In this document: positions 37,301 to 49,441 of the stretch, in pieces
Numbering within the stretch: the first letter of the stretch is position 1
Layout of the letters: each line of letters begins with the position of its first letter
Assembly (NCBI RefSeq): GCF_006345805.1
Contig: NW_021836155.1
Coordinates: forward strand, 4,175 to 68,174
Direction of reading: 5' to 3'
DNA: 64,000 nt
Source of the DNA: Octopus sinensis
Taxonomy: Eukaryota
Position numbers and translations under genes: made by a program
Notes under the pieces: generated by a model
The model's database searches: none
Seen by the model: the letters and a program-made list of their open reading frames with translations, nothing else
Told to the model about the DNA's origin: nothing

Positions 37301-38697
37301 GGTGCCAAGTAAAAAGCACTGGTGCCAGTGCCACGTAAAAAGCACTGGTGCTGGTGCCATGTAAAAAGCACTGGTGCCAGTGCCACGTAAAAAGCACTGG
37401 TGCTGGTGCCAAGTAAAAAGCACTGGTGCTGGTGCCATGTAAAAAGCACTGGTTCTGGTGCCACGTAAAAAGCACTGGTGCTGGTGCCATGTAAAAAGCA
37501 CTGGTTCTGGTGCCACATAAAAAGCACTGGTGCCAGTGCCACGTAAAAAGCACTGGTGCCAGTGCCACGTAAAAAGCACTGGTGCTGGTGCCAAGTAAAA
37601 AGCACTGGTGCTGGTGCCAGGTAAAAAGCACTGGTTCTGGTGCCACATAAAAAGCACTGGTGCCAGTGCCACGTAAAAAGCACTGGTGCCAGTGCCACGT
37701 AAAAAGCACTGGTGCTGGTGCCATGTAAAAAGCACTGGTGCTGGTGCCATGTAAAAAGCACTGGTGCTGGTGCCAGGTAAAAAGCACTGGTTCTGGTGCC
37801 ACATAAAAAGCACTGGTGCCAGTGCCACGTAAAAAGCACTGGTTCTGGTGCCACGTAAAAAGCACTGGTGCTGGTGCCATGTAAAAAGCACTGGTGCTGG
37901 TGCCAGGTAAAAAGCACTGGTTCTGGTGCCACATAAAAAGCACTGGTGCCAGTGCCACATAAAAAGCACTGGTGCCAGTGCCACGTAAAAAGCACTGGTG
38001 CCAGTGCCACGTAAAAAGCACTGGTGCTGGTGCCATGTAAAAAGCACTGGTGCTGGTGCCATGTAAAAAGCACTGGTGCTGGTGCCATGTAAAAAGCACT
38101 GGTTCTGGTGCCATGTAAAAAGCACTGGTGCTGGTGCCATGTAAAAAGCACTGGTGCTGGTGCCATGTAAAAAGCACTGGTTCTGGTGCCATGTAAAAAG
38201 CACTGGTGCTGGTGCCATGTAAAAAGCACTGGTGCTGGTGCCAGGTAAAAAGCACTGGTTCTGGTGCCACATAAAAAGCACTGGTGCCAGTGCCACGTAA
38301 AAAGCACTGGTTCTGGTGCCACGTAAAAAGCACTGGTGCTGGTGCCATGTAAAAAGCACTGGTGCTGGTGCCAGGTAAAAAGCACTGGTTCTGGTGCCAC
38401 ATAAAAAGCACTGGTGCCAGTGCCACATAAAAAGCACTGGTGCCAGTGCCACGTAAAAAGCACTGGTGCCAGTGCCACGTAAAAAGCACTGGTGCTGGTG
38501 CCATGTAAAAAGCACTGGTGCTGGTGCCATGTAAAAAGCACTGGTGCTGGTGCCATGTAAAAAGCACTGGTTCTGGTGCCATGTAAAAAGCACTGGTGCT
38601 GGTGCCATGTAAAAAGCACTGGTGCTGGTGCCAGGTAAAAAGCACTGGTTCTGGTGCCAGGTAAAAAATACTGGTGCTGGTGCCACGTAAAACGCAC
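31346..38697. repeat. 26-bp satellite/minisatellite, about 280 units (TGCTGGTGCCATGTAAAAAGCACTGG)
   Basis: Continuous array; three units give the 26-aa periodicity of the ORF track; higher-order duplications of 468 bp and ~1040 bp. Confidence 0.97.
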
Positions 38698-38862
38698 TCA
38701 GTACACTCTGCGAAGTGGTTGGTGTTTGGAAGGGCATCCAGCTGTTGAAACCAAGCCAAAAGCAGAATATGAAACCTTGTGCAGCCCCTGGCCTTACCAG
38801 TTCCTCTCAAGCCATCCAACCTATGCCAGCATGGAAAGCAGAGTTTGACGAAGATGATGATG
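38698..38862 (+). mobile_element. Family C-type 3' tail directly abutting the satellite
   Basis: CAGTACACTCTGCGAAGTGGTTGGTGTTTGGAAGGGCATCCAGCTG...TGCCAGCATGGAAAGC...GATGATGATGA, in the position where the tail follows the last TAAAAAGCAC in dispersed copies. Confidence 0.8.
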
Positions 38863-38876
38863 ACACATTTATACAT

Positions 38877-38912
<36 letters not shown>

Positions 38913-39120
38913 ATATATATCTTTTATCTTTTGTCTTTCACTTGTTTCAAGTGGTGGACTCCAACCATGCTGGAGTTCCATCTTCAAGTCAGGTGCTTAT
39001 TGTTTCAGTCTACTTTGACAAACTGCTAAGTTACTGAGACACAAACAAACCAACACCAGCTGTCAAGCATTTCGGTGGACAATCACAGACACAAAGATAC
39101 ATAACACACACATACACACA

Positions 39121-39485
39121 CATCATCATCATCATCATAGTTTAACGTCCGCTTTCCATGCTAGCATGGGTTGGACGGTTCAACTGGGGTCTGGGAAGCC
39201 AGTAGGCTGCACCAGGCCAGTCAGATCTGGCGATGTTTCTATAGCTGGATGCCCTTCCTAATGCCAACCACTCCGTGAGTGTAGTGGGTGCTTTTTATGT
39301 GCCACCGACACAGGTGCCAGACGAGGCTGGCAAACGGCCACGCTCAGATGGTGCTTTTTACGTGCCACCGGCATGGAGGCCAGGCAAGGCTGGTAATGGC
39401 CACGATCAGATGGTGCTTGTTACGTGCCACCAGCACGGAGGCCAGTCGATGCGGTGCTGGCTACGGCCACGTTTGGATGGTTCTC
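39121..39485 (-). mobile_element. Family C retroposon
   Basis: Reverse tail plus three internal units; preceded by a degenerate SINE A 3' half (38925-39100). Confidence 0.85.
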
Positions 39486-40157
39486 ACACACACACAGATA
39501 TTATCGTCATCATTGTCATTGTCCTACAGGTGTAATTGTGGCTGTGTGGCTGCTACTGTTGTTGTTGTTGTTGTGGAGGAGGAAGAGGAAGCGGAGAGTG
39601 ATTTCATCTTTAAAAAAAATCTTTTCATGATTTTCCTTTAGTGCTCCAGCTGGATTTGAACCCCAGCACTAATCGAAGTTGAGAGTTTTTGATTTATTTA
39701 TTCTTCTTCTCTTATCATTATTAATGGAAACTCCACTTGCCCACCAAGTCGTGTCATTAACGACAAGTTCATTGACGATCTAACGAGCTAATCAGAACTG
39801 GTTGAGGTCTGTGCTAAGCGGCCTAATTGAATTATACATGCTCCCTGGCCATGTTCGTCTATTCAATAACGGTGATGAATTTACTCGGAGGGACGCCAGA
39901 CTCGAGAATTGTTTTCTCATGAATATTTAAAGAATAAAGTTTAACCTCCCGCACATTTTATTACTGATAGTTCCGGATTTTTCTCTGGTTCCAAGGCAAG
40001 GAAGGTAGTGAGGAATGGAAAGAAGGATTGGAAACACAGCAGCGGGCCATGGCTAAACTGGAGCTAATTGGTTGCAGTATAAGACAAAAAACTAAAGAAC
40101 AAAAAGAGAATGTAATGAAGCTTTTTGTGTATATACATACATACATACATGTGTGTG

Positions 40158-40203
<46 letters not shown>

Positions 40204-41463
40204 ATGTGTGTGTATATATTATATATATATACATATATATATGTGTGTGTATATATATATTATATATGTATATATATATATATGTATATGTATACATATA
40301 TATATACACACATACATTTGATTACCTGTGTGTGTGTTGTGTATATACACACATAAGTAGACATACAAACATATACACATATGTATACATATATGTATTT
40401 ATATATATACTTACACATTCGTAGTGACACACATTTACGTGCACACACACACATAAATATATATATATATATGTATATATGAGTGTGTTTGCTTTGTATA
40501 GACACATGCACTATTTATCTACCTAAATACATCCATACATACACTTGTACATTATAAAGATTCCTATCTCTAGTTACAATAAAGACGTGTGTGTGTGTGA
40601 GAGAGAGAGAAAATGTGTATATATATATATACACACACATATATATACTCATATATATTGGAAGTAGTCAAGCAAATTGTTTGTATGTATTATTAAAAGG
40701 GCGACAGACCATCACCATCATCATCATCACTGTCGTCGTTTATGTCTGTCATCATCGTCATCATCATCATCATAATCCTCATCACCACCGTACTCTTCCT
40801 CATCCCCAATAAACTGTGATTGTATCTACCACTTCCCTCTTCCTTATCCCTATCTGCATCGCTTTCAAATTTTTCTCACATCATTTTGCTATCACCACAA
40901 CAACAACCGTCTCCAAAACCATCTTCGCTGCTGCCGCCACCACCACCACCACCGCCGCCGCCATCAAAACCGCCACCACCACCACCACCGCCACCGCCGC
41001 CACCACCACCGCCGCCGCCGCCACAACCACAATGTGTACAACATCTAAGCATAAGATTTATTCCGCATGCATTTCTGTTTTCCTACCACAAACCAATCTT
41101 CTGTTTTATTCCTGTTCGTTTCATTTAATCGTTCTCCCGCTGTGCAAAGAAAGGGTCTTAGACGCAGCAGATGCACCTCCTGGACAACAGAATATATCTC
41201 TTCCACAGCAAGGGAAAAAAAGGACCCTATTTTTCAAATCCAAAGTGATGAAAACAAGGGGGCAGGACACGAAGGTTGGGTGATAAATATCAGAGGAGAC
41301 ATAGATGTTCTTCGCCACATCTGCTCCAACCTTTCGGAGCAAGAAACCTCGCAGCCCTTTTCTGGGTGAGACTGGCCCCTCTGATTGTAAACGCTTCCAT
41401 GTACCTAACCACCAAGAAATCTTTTCCAAACTAGATGTCAAGCTTCTTAACAGGATCATATAA

Positions 41464-42052
41464 CTTTTACCTTTTGCGTGTTTCAGTCCTTAGACTGCGG
41501 CCATGCCGGGGCACCACCTTGAACAATTCTTAGTTGAATGCATCAACCCCAGTGCCTTTTTGTTTTTAAAGTCTGGTACTTATTCTATTAGTTTGGTTTG
41601 CCAAACCACTAAGTTATAGGGACATAAACACGCCAGCACCAGTTGTGTAGTGGTGGTGGTGAGGAGGTGGGGACAACACAGACACAAAGATATTGACATA
41701 CTTATATAGGCATGTAAAAGCACTCACTACCCTCTCAGAGTGGCTGGCATTAGGAAGGGCATCCAGCTGTAGAAACTCCGCCAGTTCAGATTAGATCCTG
41801 GTGCAGCCACCTGGTTCGCCAGTCCTCAGTCAAATCGTCCAACCCCTTGCTAGCATGGAAAATGGATTTTAAACAATGATGATGATGATGATGATGGACG
41901 TCTTTCAGTTTCCATCTAGCAAATCCACTCACAAGGGTTTGGTCAGGATAAGGCTATAGAAGAAGATACTTGCCCAAAGTGCCAGGTTGTGGGACTGAAC
42001 TCCAAGACATGTGGTTGGGAAACAATCTTCTTACCACACTGCCATGCCTGTG
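41464..42052 (-). mobile_element. Diverged SINE A interrupted by a family C tail (+, 41709-41895)
   Basis: A tail 41464-41695, C tail, A head 41895-42052. Confidence 0.75.
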
Positions 42053-42058
42053 CATATA

Positions 42059-42463
42059 TATTGGGTCACACCAAAAATAATGCAGTTTTTTATACCTCTT
42101 TTATTTTTCAAAATTAAGATGAATAAAGTTCTTTTTTAATCTGAAATAAACTCTCCATTTTCTACAATGCTCTTCCATCTCTCTGGTAGACTTGCAAGGC
42201 CCCTCTTCCAAAATTCATTTGTCCATCGTGAATAATACTCCTTCAGTACTGTTTTTACCTCATTTACAGAATTCATATTTTTTACATCCAAAGACGCAGG
42301 AGTGGCTGTGTGGTAAGTAGCTTGCTTACCAACCACATGGTTCCGGGCTCAGTCCCACTGTGTGGCATCTTGGGCAAGTGTATTCTACTATAGCCTCGGG
42401 CCGACCAATGCCTTGTGAGTGGATTTGGTAGACGGAAACTGAAAGAAGCCCGTCGTATATATG

Positions 42464-42494
<31 letters not shown>

Positions 42495-43690
42495 ATATGT
42501 TTGTGTGTCTGTGTTTGTCTCCCTAGCATTGCTTGACAACCGATGCTGGTGTGTTTATGTCCCCGTCACTTAGCGGTTTGGCAAAAGAGACCGATAGAAT
42601 AAGTACTGGGCTTACAAAGAATAAGTCCCGGGTCGAGTTGCTTGATTAAAGGCGGTGCTCCAGCATGGCTGGAGTCAAATGACTGAAACAAGTAAAAGAG
42701 TAAAGAGTAAAAGAGTAAATGATTTTGAAGACTGTGGGGGCAATGTCTGAAAAATATGGTGGGTAGGGCATCGTTTCCCATTCAAACTGCTCCAGCCTTT
42801 GGAGTGTCATCCTTGCTGTATGTGGCTGAGCATTATTCTGATGGAAGAACACCTTCCATCTTGAAACCAAAGATGGCCATTTTTCTTCTAGCGCTGACTT
42901 AAGCTGCTTGAGCTACTTGCAGCAGATCCCTTTCGTTATTGTGTGGTTTGTGTTTCAAAGTTCAAAGTGGACTAAACCTTTCATATCCCACCAAACAGAT
43001 AACAACACCTTATGTGGGTGAAGACCTTCTTTAGCCTCAGGTGCCAGTTTTTCTCCTTTCCCTACCCACTGTCTTCAGTGCTTGACATTTTTATAGAGAA
43101 CCCATTCCTCATCACCAGTCACTATTCGGCCCCAAAAAAGGGGTTTGTGAAGAACCCATTGACCCAATTTTCTGACTTTTCTGATGCCACACAGGTGTCG
43201 ATGAATGGTTGAATGACCAAATCCAAGCTTCTCTGCTAGTTCCTCAACAGTTACGATGAGATTTTGTTCCCCCAGGGTTTGCAGGACATCCTTATCGAGC
43301 TCTACATATCTTCCAGGATGAGGCTCGCCTTCTAGGCTGTAGTTTCCAGCTCAGCATTTCTGGAACCACCTTCGGCACTGGCTAATGCTTATTGACTGAT
43401 CTCCATATACTGCATCAATATTCCTTACAGTTTCCTTTGTGTTATTGCCTCAATTGAACTCTCAAAGCCAAATGTGCTAAATATGCTCCTTTGTCACTTC
43501 CATTATAACTTTGAGAAAAATAACTGTTAAAATCGAACTGCACTCCTCAATACTTACACTAGGAATAAGCACAAAGTACAATTATTACCTGCTTTTTATA
43601 GCAAGGTGATGCAGGTAGTTTATCTCATTCCCATCCATCTTTTAGTTCATGCAATTGAAACAACTGCATTATTTAGGGCATGACCCAACA
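42059..43690 (-). mobile_element. Decayed mariner transposon with both TIRs and TA TSD
   Basis: TIRs TATTGGGTCACACCAAAAATAATGCAGTT and revcomp TGTTGGGTCATGCCCTAAATAATGCAGTT, with TA at 42057-58 and 43691-92; transposase from ATG 43503 with HTH, WVLHK (WVPHEL-like), IVTGDEEW, VWWDMKG, FHQNNAQPH, YPPYFSDIAP and RGLASLPERW; stops, frameshifts and deletions. Confidence 0.9.
42293..42718 (+). mobile_element. SINE family A nested in the mariner transposase
   Basis: Full copy splitting the transposase just after the YSPDLAP-like motif. Confidence 0.9.
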
Positions 43691-43692
43691 TA

Positions 43693-44100
43693 TCATCATC
43701 ATCATCATCATCGTTTAGCATCCGCTTTCCATGCTAGCATGGGTTGGACGGTTCAACTGGGGTCTGGGAAGCCAGAAGGCTACACCTGGCCCAGTCTGAT
43801 TTGGCAATGTTTCTACGGCTGGATGCCCTTCCTAACGCCAACCACTCTGTGAGTGTAGTGGGTGCTTTTTACGTGCCACCGGCACAGGTGCCAGACTCGT
43901 CTGGCAAACAGCCACAATTGGATGGTGCTTTTTATGTGCCACCGGCACGGAAGCCAAGCAGGGCTGGCAATGGCCACGAACAGATGGTGCTTTTTACGTG
44001 CCACCGGCACGAGGCCAGTCGGGGCGGCGCTGGCAACGGCCACGTTCGGATGGTTCTCTTACGTGTCACCAGCACTGGTATCACAGCTGCGGTTTCTATT
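43693..44100 (-). mobile_element. Family C retroposon
   Basis: Reverse tail, three internal units, 5' end GCTGTGATACCAGTGC. Confidence 0.85.
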
Positions 44101-44499
44101 ACACACACACACATACATACACACACACACACACATACATACATACATACATACATACATACATACATACATACATACATAAATAATCTGATGTAATTGG
44201 TCCATGCTATTCTTAGAAAAGTCCACATGAATATTAATCAGCACATCCAATTTAACAAGGATGTGTTGTTTTGAATGCTGTAGACTGCAATCTACATTTG
44301 AAGGTGCATGGCTCAGTGGTTAGGGTATTTAGCACATGATTGTAAGGTTATGAGTTCGATTCCTGGCAGTGAATTACGGCTCTTGCACAAGAAACACTTA
44401 TTTTACGTTGCTCTAGTCCACCCAATTTGCACCTGAATTTCAAAGATCCCAGTATTTTCACATTCTGTGTCATGTTGAATCTCCCTGAGGGCTACATTT

Positions 44500-44899
44500 A
44501 GGTGCAGGAGTGGCTGTGTGGTAAGTAGCTTGCTAACCAACCACATGGTCCCGGGTTCAGTCCCACTGCGTGGCATCTTGGGCAAGTGTCTTCTGCTATA
44601 GCCCCGGGCCGACCAAAGCCTTGTGAGTGGATTTGGTAGACGGAAACTGAAAGAAGCCTGTCATATATATGTATATATATATGTATGTGTGTGTGTATAT
44701 GTTTGTGTGTCTGTGTTTGTCCCTCTAGCATTGCTTGACAACCGATGCTGGTGTGTTTACGTCGCCGTCACTTAGCGGTTCGGCAAAAGAGACCGCTAGA
44801 ATAAGTCCCGGGGTCGATTTGCTTGACTAAACGCGGTGCTCCAGAATGGCCGCAGTCAAATGACTGAAACAAGTAAAAGAGTAAAAAGAGTAAAGAGTA
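44500..44899 (+). mobile_element. SINE family A, full length
   Basis: Complete match with a small internal deletion. Confidence 0.9.
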
Positions 44900-45124
44900 T
44901 GCAAGTTGGGTGGAGCTGAAAAGTTCCTGGCTTTGGGTAAAAGAAAATACAGTAAGATTAGTTGATTACGATTTTATTTAACATATTCCTCTCTTAGATT
45001 TACACACTTATTGCAGCAGTCCTTCAGTTTTGCTAAGTCCTGCAAAAAAACCTGGAACGTTGGGTCTCCAACCAGGCCTTTCATGATATTTTCAAAGCCA
45101 GGAATTTTTCAGCAGCTAGTCATA
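44898..45124. mobile_element. mariner-type MITE
   Basis: 21-bp inverted repeats GCTGAAAAGTTCCTGGCTTTG (44915-44935) and CAAAGCCAGGAATTTTTCAGC (45093-45113), non-coding interior; TIR resembles the one at 12599. Confidence 0.7.
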
Positions 45125-45564
45125 CACACACACACACATGAACATACACTACTGAAGCATCTGCAGTATGTCTTTTATACTGAACTTTACTCTGTGATAA
45201 ATTTTTAGACTTTGGTCAATGCTGCACATTCAAATTAATTAAATCAAAACTAATGAGATACATTGGATAGTTGGAAACATCTGTCATATATATTTAATTT
45301 CTTTGTGGACAGAAAAAGAGTGAACAGCTAGACTATGATCGCAGAACATGTTAAAGTTCTCATTAGCTACCAGTTGGCCTAGTCTTAATTGACAACCGTT
45401 AAACTCAGTTTAAACCTACGATTCTTAAGTAGTTTGACGAACTAGGCACTCCAGCTTTTCACATGTTTTGAAATATGATTCTGCTATTTTTGTGGCAGAG
45501 CCATAGATGGTCACCAGAGAGCAAGCTAAATTCTTTGTTCAACTCATTAACAACTCATGTAAAT

Positions 45565-45972
45565 ATAGGCGCAGGAGTGGCTGTATGGTAAGTAGCTTGC
45601 TAACCAACCACATGGTTGCGGGTTCAGTTCCACTGCGTGGCATCTTGGGCAAGTGTCTTCTGCTAAAGCCCCGGGCCAACCAATGCCTTGTGAGTGGATT
45701 TGGTAGACGGAAACTGAAAGAAGCCTGTCGTATATATGTATATATATATGTGTGTGTGTTTGTGTGTCTGTGTTTGTCCCCCTAGCATTGCTTGACAACC
45801 GATGCTGGTGTGTTTACGTCCCCGTCACTTAGCGGTTTGGCAAAAGAAACCGATAGAATAAGTACTTACAAAGGCTTACAAAGAAGAAGTCCCGGGGTCG
45901 ATTTGCTCGACTAAAGGCGGTGCTCCAACATGGTCACAGTCAAATGACTGAAACAAGGAAGAGAGTAAAGAG
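45565..45972 (+). mobile_element. SINE family A, full length
   Basis: Complete match. Confidence 0.9.
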
Positions 45973-46039
45973 AGATATATGTTCCTTTCAAGCGCTGGCA
46001 AAGTGGCCAAGTTCCTTTTGACCACATGGAGGCAATGAC

Positions 46040-46294
46040 CAAGATCTTTGGTATTATGCTGTGCTTGAGAAGACACATCAAGCCGAGGACAATCACAGTC
46101 ATGGCAGATACAGGTGTCACACAAATGGCACCTGTGCCAGTGGCATGTAAGAAGCGCCCATTACGCTCTTAGAGTGGCTGGCGTTAAGAGGGGCATCCAG
46201 CCATGGAAAATCAGAGTGGAGCATGGCGCAGCCTTCCAACGTGCCAGCCCAGTCAAACTGTCCAACCCATGCCAGCATGGACAATGGACGTTGA

Positions 46295-46326
<32 letters not shown>
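46040..46326 (+). mobile_element. Family C variant
   Basis: GTGCCAGTGGCATGTAAGAAGC, GAGTGGCTGGCGTTAAGAGGGGCATCCAGC, CCCATGCCAGCATGGA and a long (GAT)n tail. Confidence 0.7.
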
Positions 46327-46327
<1 letters not shown>

Positions 46328-46353
46328 TATGCATGCACACACATACACAGATA

Positions 46354-46618
46354 TAGACATACAATGTATATATTTCTTTACTACCCACAAGGGGCTAAAC
46401 ACAGAGGGGACAAACAAGGACAGACAAACGGATTAAGTCGATTACATCGACCCCAGTGCGTAACTGGTACTTAATTTATCGACCCCGACAGGATGAAAGG
46501 CAAAGTCGACCTCGGCGGAATTTGAACCCAGAACGTAACGGCAGACGAAATACGGCTACGCATTTCGCCCGGCGTGCTGACGTTTCTGCCAGCTCGCCGC
46601 CTAGACATACAATGTATA
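46354..46618 (-). mobile_element. SINE family B with 17-bp TSD
   Basis: TAGACATACAATGTATA at 46354-46370 and 46602-46618. Confidence 0.9.
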
Positions 46619-46789
46619 CGTGTATCTACGGAGAGATATATTCAACAGAAGGAAACGAAGCACAACAAATTTTGTTTATAAAACTTCACCATGAAGCATT
46701 CCATATTTTTCTACCAAGGCGATGCCCCAGCATGGCCACACAAGTGAAAGATAAAAGATATATTGAGTTCTGATTTTTGGTTTCCTCAG

Positions 46790-46978
46790 TTCACACACAA
46801 AGAAACACATAGATGCACACACACACAAACGTGCACATATGCGTGCACACAAACACACACACAAGCAAATACACACATACACAAAGAAACACACACACAC
46901 ACACAAATACACACATACACAAAGAAGCACACACACAAACGTGCACATATGCACACACACACACACACACAGACACAT

Positions 46979-47011
<33 letters not shown>

Positions 47012-47072
47012 GAGACACACATAGACGCACACATACACACAAATGTGCACATATGCATGCACCCGCACACAG

Positions 47073-47103
<31 letters not shown>

Positions 47104-47318
47104 GCAATACACAAGCACACACACACAAACGTGCATGCACACAAACACACACACACACACACAAATACACACACACACACAAAGAAGCACACACACAACC
47201 ATGCACACACACACACACGCGCACACACACAACACACACACACACAGACACAAACACACACACACACAAATACACACATACACAAAGAAGCACACACACA
47301 ACCTTGCACACACGCACA

Positions 47319-47357
<39 letters not shown>

Positions 47358-47424
47358 CACAAACACACACACACACAAATACACACATACACAAAGAAGC
47401 ACACACACAACCATGCACATATGC

Positions 47425-47464
<40 letters not shown>

Positions 47465-47638
47465 AAACACACACACACACAAATACACACACACACACAA
47501 AGAAGCACACACACAACCATGCACATATGCACACGCGCACACACACACACCACACACACACACAGACACAAACACACACACACACAAATACACACATACA
47601 CAAAGAAGCACACACACAACCATGCACACACACACACG

Positions 47639-47680
<42 letters not shown>
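46790..47680. repeat. Compound (CA)n minisatellite with ~120-bp units
   Basis: CACAAATACACACATACACAAAGAAGCACACACACAACC recurs about six times. Confidence 0.85.
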
Positions 47681-47890
47681 AAACATACAAACGAATTTCA
47701 AGAAGACCATGGCATTTTCAAATCAGAATAATACTTGTCTTCTCATCCAACAACTTTAAACATTCTTTTGAACTTTTCTTAATATTCTTAATATTCTAAA
47801 TTCTATTTATGTAAGAAGTCACGGTTACAGTCTGTGGATCACACATGTAGTGACTAACACATTAGTAGAGTTCTTAATTTCGAAATAAAT

Positions 47891-48560
47891 CACACACACA
47901 CACACACACACACACTCCAGTATGGGAAATGGACGTTAAAAGATGATGATGTATGTTCGTATGTATGTATTCATGCATATATATATATATACACACATAT
48001 ACATACATATATATATGTATATACTACACACACACACACACACACACACTCCAGTATGGGAACATGTAACGTTTTAAAAGATGATGATGTATGTTCGTAT
48101 GTATGTATTCATGCATATTATATATATCACACATATACATAATATATATATGTATATACATACACACACACACCACACACACTCCAGTATGGGAAATGGA
48201 CGTTAAAAGATGATGATGTATGTTCGTATGTATGTATTCATGCATATATATATATATACACACATATACATACATATATATATGTATATACATACACACA
48301 CACACACACACTCCAGTATGGGAAATGGACGTTAAAAGATGATGATGTATGTTCGTATGTATGTATTCATGCATATATATATATATACACACATATACAT
48401 ACATATATATATGTATATACATACACACACACACACACTCCAGTATGGGAAATGGACGTTAAAAGATGATGATGTATGTTCGTATGTATGTATTCATGCA
48501 TATATATATATATACACACATATACATACATATATATATGTATATACATACACACACACA
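47891..48560. repeat. ~130-bp tandem repeat x5 built from a family-C-like tail plus microsatellites
   Basis: CTCCAGTATGGGAAATGGACGTTAAAAGATGATGATG starts near 47915, 48049, 48182, 48311 and 48438. Confidence 0.85.
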
Positions 48561-48820
48561 CACCACACATATATATACATACACACAAAAACATACACAC
48601 AGATATATATATATATATATATAATTTAAACATATGCATGTATATTAAAATAACATACGTTTTATAGTATATATATATATGTAATATATATATTATATAT
48701 AAACATATGTATGTATATGTATATGCATATATATATATATATATATTAATATCTATATATATAATATATATGTAATGTATATGTATATGCATATATGCAT
48801 ATCTGTATATATATACATAC

Positions 48821-48851
<31 letters not shown>

Positions 48852-49441
48852 TGTATGTATGTATGTATGTATGTATGTATGTGTAAATGAGTCTATGTGT
48901 ATATATATTTATGTATAAATTTTGGAAGAAAGTGTATGCACACATCTACATATACATACATGTGTGTGTATGTATATATATGTGTGTGTATGTATATATA
49001 TATCTGTATACATATATATATATATATTTTTTTTTTGAAATTAGGTTTTGATGCGACTTCTTGTTTCACCTGATTGCGTATTCAACGACTGGTTGAATAA
49101 GCCGTCAGTTAAAACTCAAAGCCCCAATCAAATCTGATTTTATTATAAATCTATAGATGTGCGTCTACTTTTAGTCTCAAGTACCCCCTCAACAGAACAT
49201 GATCTGTTCTTATTTTTTAAAAGTTCTTTAAAATAAAACCTCCAAATTATCACACACACACACACACACACATACACACACACCTGCACAGCAAGCAATA
49301 CCCATTTCTTCCTTGCTGTTTCTGGTACTCAGCCCTTTGTAGACCCCTCTCCTTCATTCTTTTGCTGCACAACTTCATCCATCCCCCTCTCTCTCTATTC
49401 TGACTGTCCCCTGCTCTTCCTTTCTTCCACATATATCTCTT

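Noticed and set aside
31346-38697. CRISPR array
   Set aside because: Units are contiguous with no unique spacers, the context is eukaryotic, and there are no cas genes.
31175-38987. Giant ORFs up to 2328 aa as a repetitive protein gene
   Set aside because: They are translations of a 26-bp DNA unit, identical in all three frames, with many frameshifting indels and no non-repetitive domains.
41067-41459. Unique GC-moderate segment as a coding exon
   Set aside because: Several frames on both strands are open for 50-110 codons with possible AG/GT sites, but I recognised no homology or codon signal; left uncalled pending RNA-seq.
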